A stretch of DNA of 32,000 bases from Candidatus Saccharimonadota bacterium (GTDB lineage: Bacteria > Patescibacteriota > Gracilibacteria > BD1-5 > UBA6164), in contig CP042461.1 in the NCBI GenBank assembly GCA_004563595.2, positions 120,001 through 152,000 of the forward strand, written 5' to 3'. Below, piece by piece: positions 30,044 through 32,000 of the stretch (position 1 is its first letter; each line of letters begins with the position of its first letter). Below the pieces are notes generated by a model. The model was given only the letters and a program-made list of their open reading frames with translations, ran no database searches and was not told the DNA's origin. A program made the translations under genes and the position numbers.

Positions 30044-30376
30044 ATGTGAGACAATTTAGAAAAAATATCAGCTCAGATGAGGAAGTGAATCTTGGAATAT
30101 GTAATCCTGATGATTATAGATTCTGGAGACGTCTATTCATCTGATATATTAAAGATGTTAAAAGAAAACAATCTGATAGTCGTTGAGGGAACACTCTATC
30201 CACTCTTATCCAGATTGAGAAAAGAATCGATTATTACCTACTTTTGGGTGGAATCAAGCTCTTGACCACCAAGGAAGTATTTTAAACTCACCAAGGAATG
30301 AAAAGAGCTGTTAAAAACGATGAACATCGTATGGACTGACCTGCGAGATGCAGTAAAAAATATTTGAAAGAAATAA
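30044..30376 (+). CDS. PadR-family transcriptional regulator (110 aa)
   Basis: RKGILEYVILMIIDSGDVYSSDILKMLKE.....VVEGTLYPLLSRLRKESIITYFWVESSSGPPRKYFKLTKEGKELL is the canonical PadR wHTH pattern. Confidence 0.85.
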
Positions 30377-30398
30377 TTTATATTTAAAAAAACAAAAA

Positions 30399-32000
30399 AT
30401 GAAAAAGATAGTAATAGGTGGTCAAAAATTTAGTCTTTCAGAAACCTCAGAAATATTTTTAAATAAATATTTAAGTAAAATGAAGACTTTTATGAAAAAG
30501 AACGATATCGAAATAGAAGTCTATGATGACATCGAAGAAAGAATATCTGAAAGATTTAATGAAAGCATTCCATCAAAAACAAAAAGAGAAATATCAGATA
30601 CTATAGTTATTGATATCGTAAATGAAATCTGAGAACCAGATGAAATATTTGCTGACCTTTTAGATGACTCAGCTCCTGAAGTAAAAAAAGAAAGTAAAAT
30701 AAACTTCAAAGAATATTTTTCAAACGAAAATGAAACACTCACAAGAAACTCTGAAGAATGAATTATCTTTTGAGTATGTTATTGAATCGGTGATAGATAT
30801 GGAATAGATCCGCTATGGATTAGACTATGATTTGTATTTGGTGCTTTCCTATGGGGAATGACACTCTTCTTATACATCATTCTCGCAATCTTGCTTCCTA
30901 ATATTGCAGGGTCAAAAAAAAAAGTAATAACCTATGAGAGTAAAGTTGATAAAAAAGAAGCTAAAAAAGAAAATAAAGGAGATGAAATAAAAGAAAAAAA
31001 TATTCCTCTCAAAAATACTCCTACCCAAAAGAGTGAAGAACAAAAAGATGAACAAATCGTAGAAAAACCACCCGTAATAGAAGTGCCAGTTCAATATATC
31101 AAAACAAAAGCACCTTCGTTTTTTAAAGAAGTTGGACTGTTAATAAAAAGAGTATTTTTCTTTTTATTATGGATAATAAGAATCATGATAGCTGCTCTCT
31201 TATCAGTTTGGGCAATACCTGTTATTCTTTCTTTTTTACTCGTATCAGGAATGTTTTTTGCTGATCTATCGTTTGATAATCAAAAACTATTTACACACTT
31301 GCATTTATTCTTAAAAATTTGAGCTGTTTGAATGCTCATGTCGCTGGCATTTTTGATAATTTGAATTATCTGAAAGCTGTTAAAGTGAAAATGATTTACA
31401 AATATCCTAATGTTTATTGGTTTTATTGGAATCCTAAGTTTCTTGTTTGTATGAAGCGTATGATTCTTTAATACTTTCAATAATTATTCAAATGTATATG
31501 AAAAAACTGAGACCTATGATTTTGGAAATAATGAAGCAATGTTAGATAGACTATCTGCATTTTGAGAAAGTACCTCTATGATAAACGGAGTCAATTGGGT
31601 TGATAATTTAGAATTCAGAAAATCAAATACTGGAAGTATTAAAATAGAAGTTGTTTCTAAGATTAATGCAAAAAATCAAGCTGTTGCTGATAGTATATTA
31701 TCAGAGCTCACTCCATTAGAATTTGAAATGGACCCAAATATATGATTTTGATTAGACTGAAAATCAACTTTTAAAAAAGAAGTAGCATTTTCATTTCTCA
31801 GAAGAGATATCATTATCTATATCCCAGAGAAAGACTTTGATTTGAGGATAGGGGATTTATATGAGATGGATATTCATGAAATCAACAATCTTTACTATGA
31901 AGATGATGGGGAATATGAAAATTATTGGATTTCATATCATTGTATGAATACAAAGGTTGAATATAACGAAGAAAAATGATTTTTCGTTTGTAGGAAATAA
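30399..32000 (+). CDS. PspC-domain membrane protein with large C-terminal extracytoplasmic region (533 aa)
   Basis: LTRNSEEGIIFGVCYGIGDRYGIDPLWIRLGFVFGAFLWGMTLFLYIILAILLP is a PspC domain. It is followed by a K/E-rich linker, 4-5 TM helices and a soluble C-terminus. The TAA stop falls exactly at 31998-32000. Confidence 0.8.

Noticed and set aside
30858-31322. The standard-code 154-aa ORF treated as an independent gene.
   Set aside because: It is an internal fragment of the 533-aa PspC-domain ORF (30399-32000), which becomes continuous once TGA is read as Gly.
1-32000. Interpretation of the many in-frame TGA codons as massive pseudogenisation, or as sequencing frameshifts.
   Set aside because: The interruptions are exclusively TGA, never TAA or TAG. 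Reading frames are perfectly maintained over kilobases (for example 6330 nt in one frame). The TGA codons coincide with invariant Gly residues in RecA, TsaD, TyrS and the subtilase.
1-32000. UGA = Trp (table 4, Mycoplasma/Spiroplasma-like), suggested by the AT-rich composition.
   Set aside because: TGA aligns with conserved Gly (the GKT P-loop, GGVVPE, HGTHVAG context). Trp positions use TGG.

Overview
AT-rich bacterial chromosomal segment (hand counts on a few lines give about 22-32% G+C). It can only be read under translation table 25 (UGA = Gly), which points to Gracilibacteria/Absconditabacteria (SR1) within the CPR/Patescibacteria. Under the standard code almost every gene breaks into ORFs shorter than 110 aa. 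Reading TGA as glycine restores about 30 tightly packed genes.

Content, left to right:
- Minus-strand block: pheT, recA, a small zinc-ribbon gene, a DnaQ-like exonuclease, a sigma-region-4/HARE-HTH protein and a membrane protein.
- Plus-strand block: two type IV pilin-like genes, an RluA-family pseudouridine synthase, a ZIP metal transporter, an HD hydrolase and two SAM methyltransferases.
- A two-gene pyrC + pyrD-like island. It is the only part of the window with no in-frame TGA and is visibly richer in G+C, so it is a candidate recent import from a standard-code donor.
- tsaD, two minus-strand genes of unknown or wHTH function, and tyrS.
- A DUF559 endonuclease gene bracketed by palindromic repeat elements.
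- A 6.3 kb gene for a 2110-aa secreted protein: signal peptide, S8 subtilase, acidic linker, seven Cys-pair Ig-like modules, a Big_2-like domain, a helical region and a C-terminal EndoU-like RNase toxin domain.
- Five small downstream genes that are immunity-gene candidates.
- A padR / PspC-domain pair.

A family of roughly 54-bp hairpin elements, similar to Rickettsia palindromic elements, is inserted in the same reading phase inside three housekeeping genes (rluA-family, a methyltransferase, tsaD). The same family flanks the DUF559 gene. No rRNA, tRNA, CRISPR array, transposase or integrase was recognised.

All functional calls come from by-eye motif recognition on hand translation. None was checked against a database.
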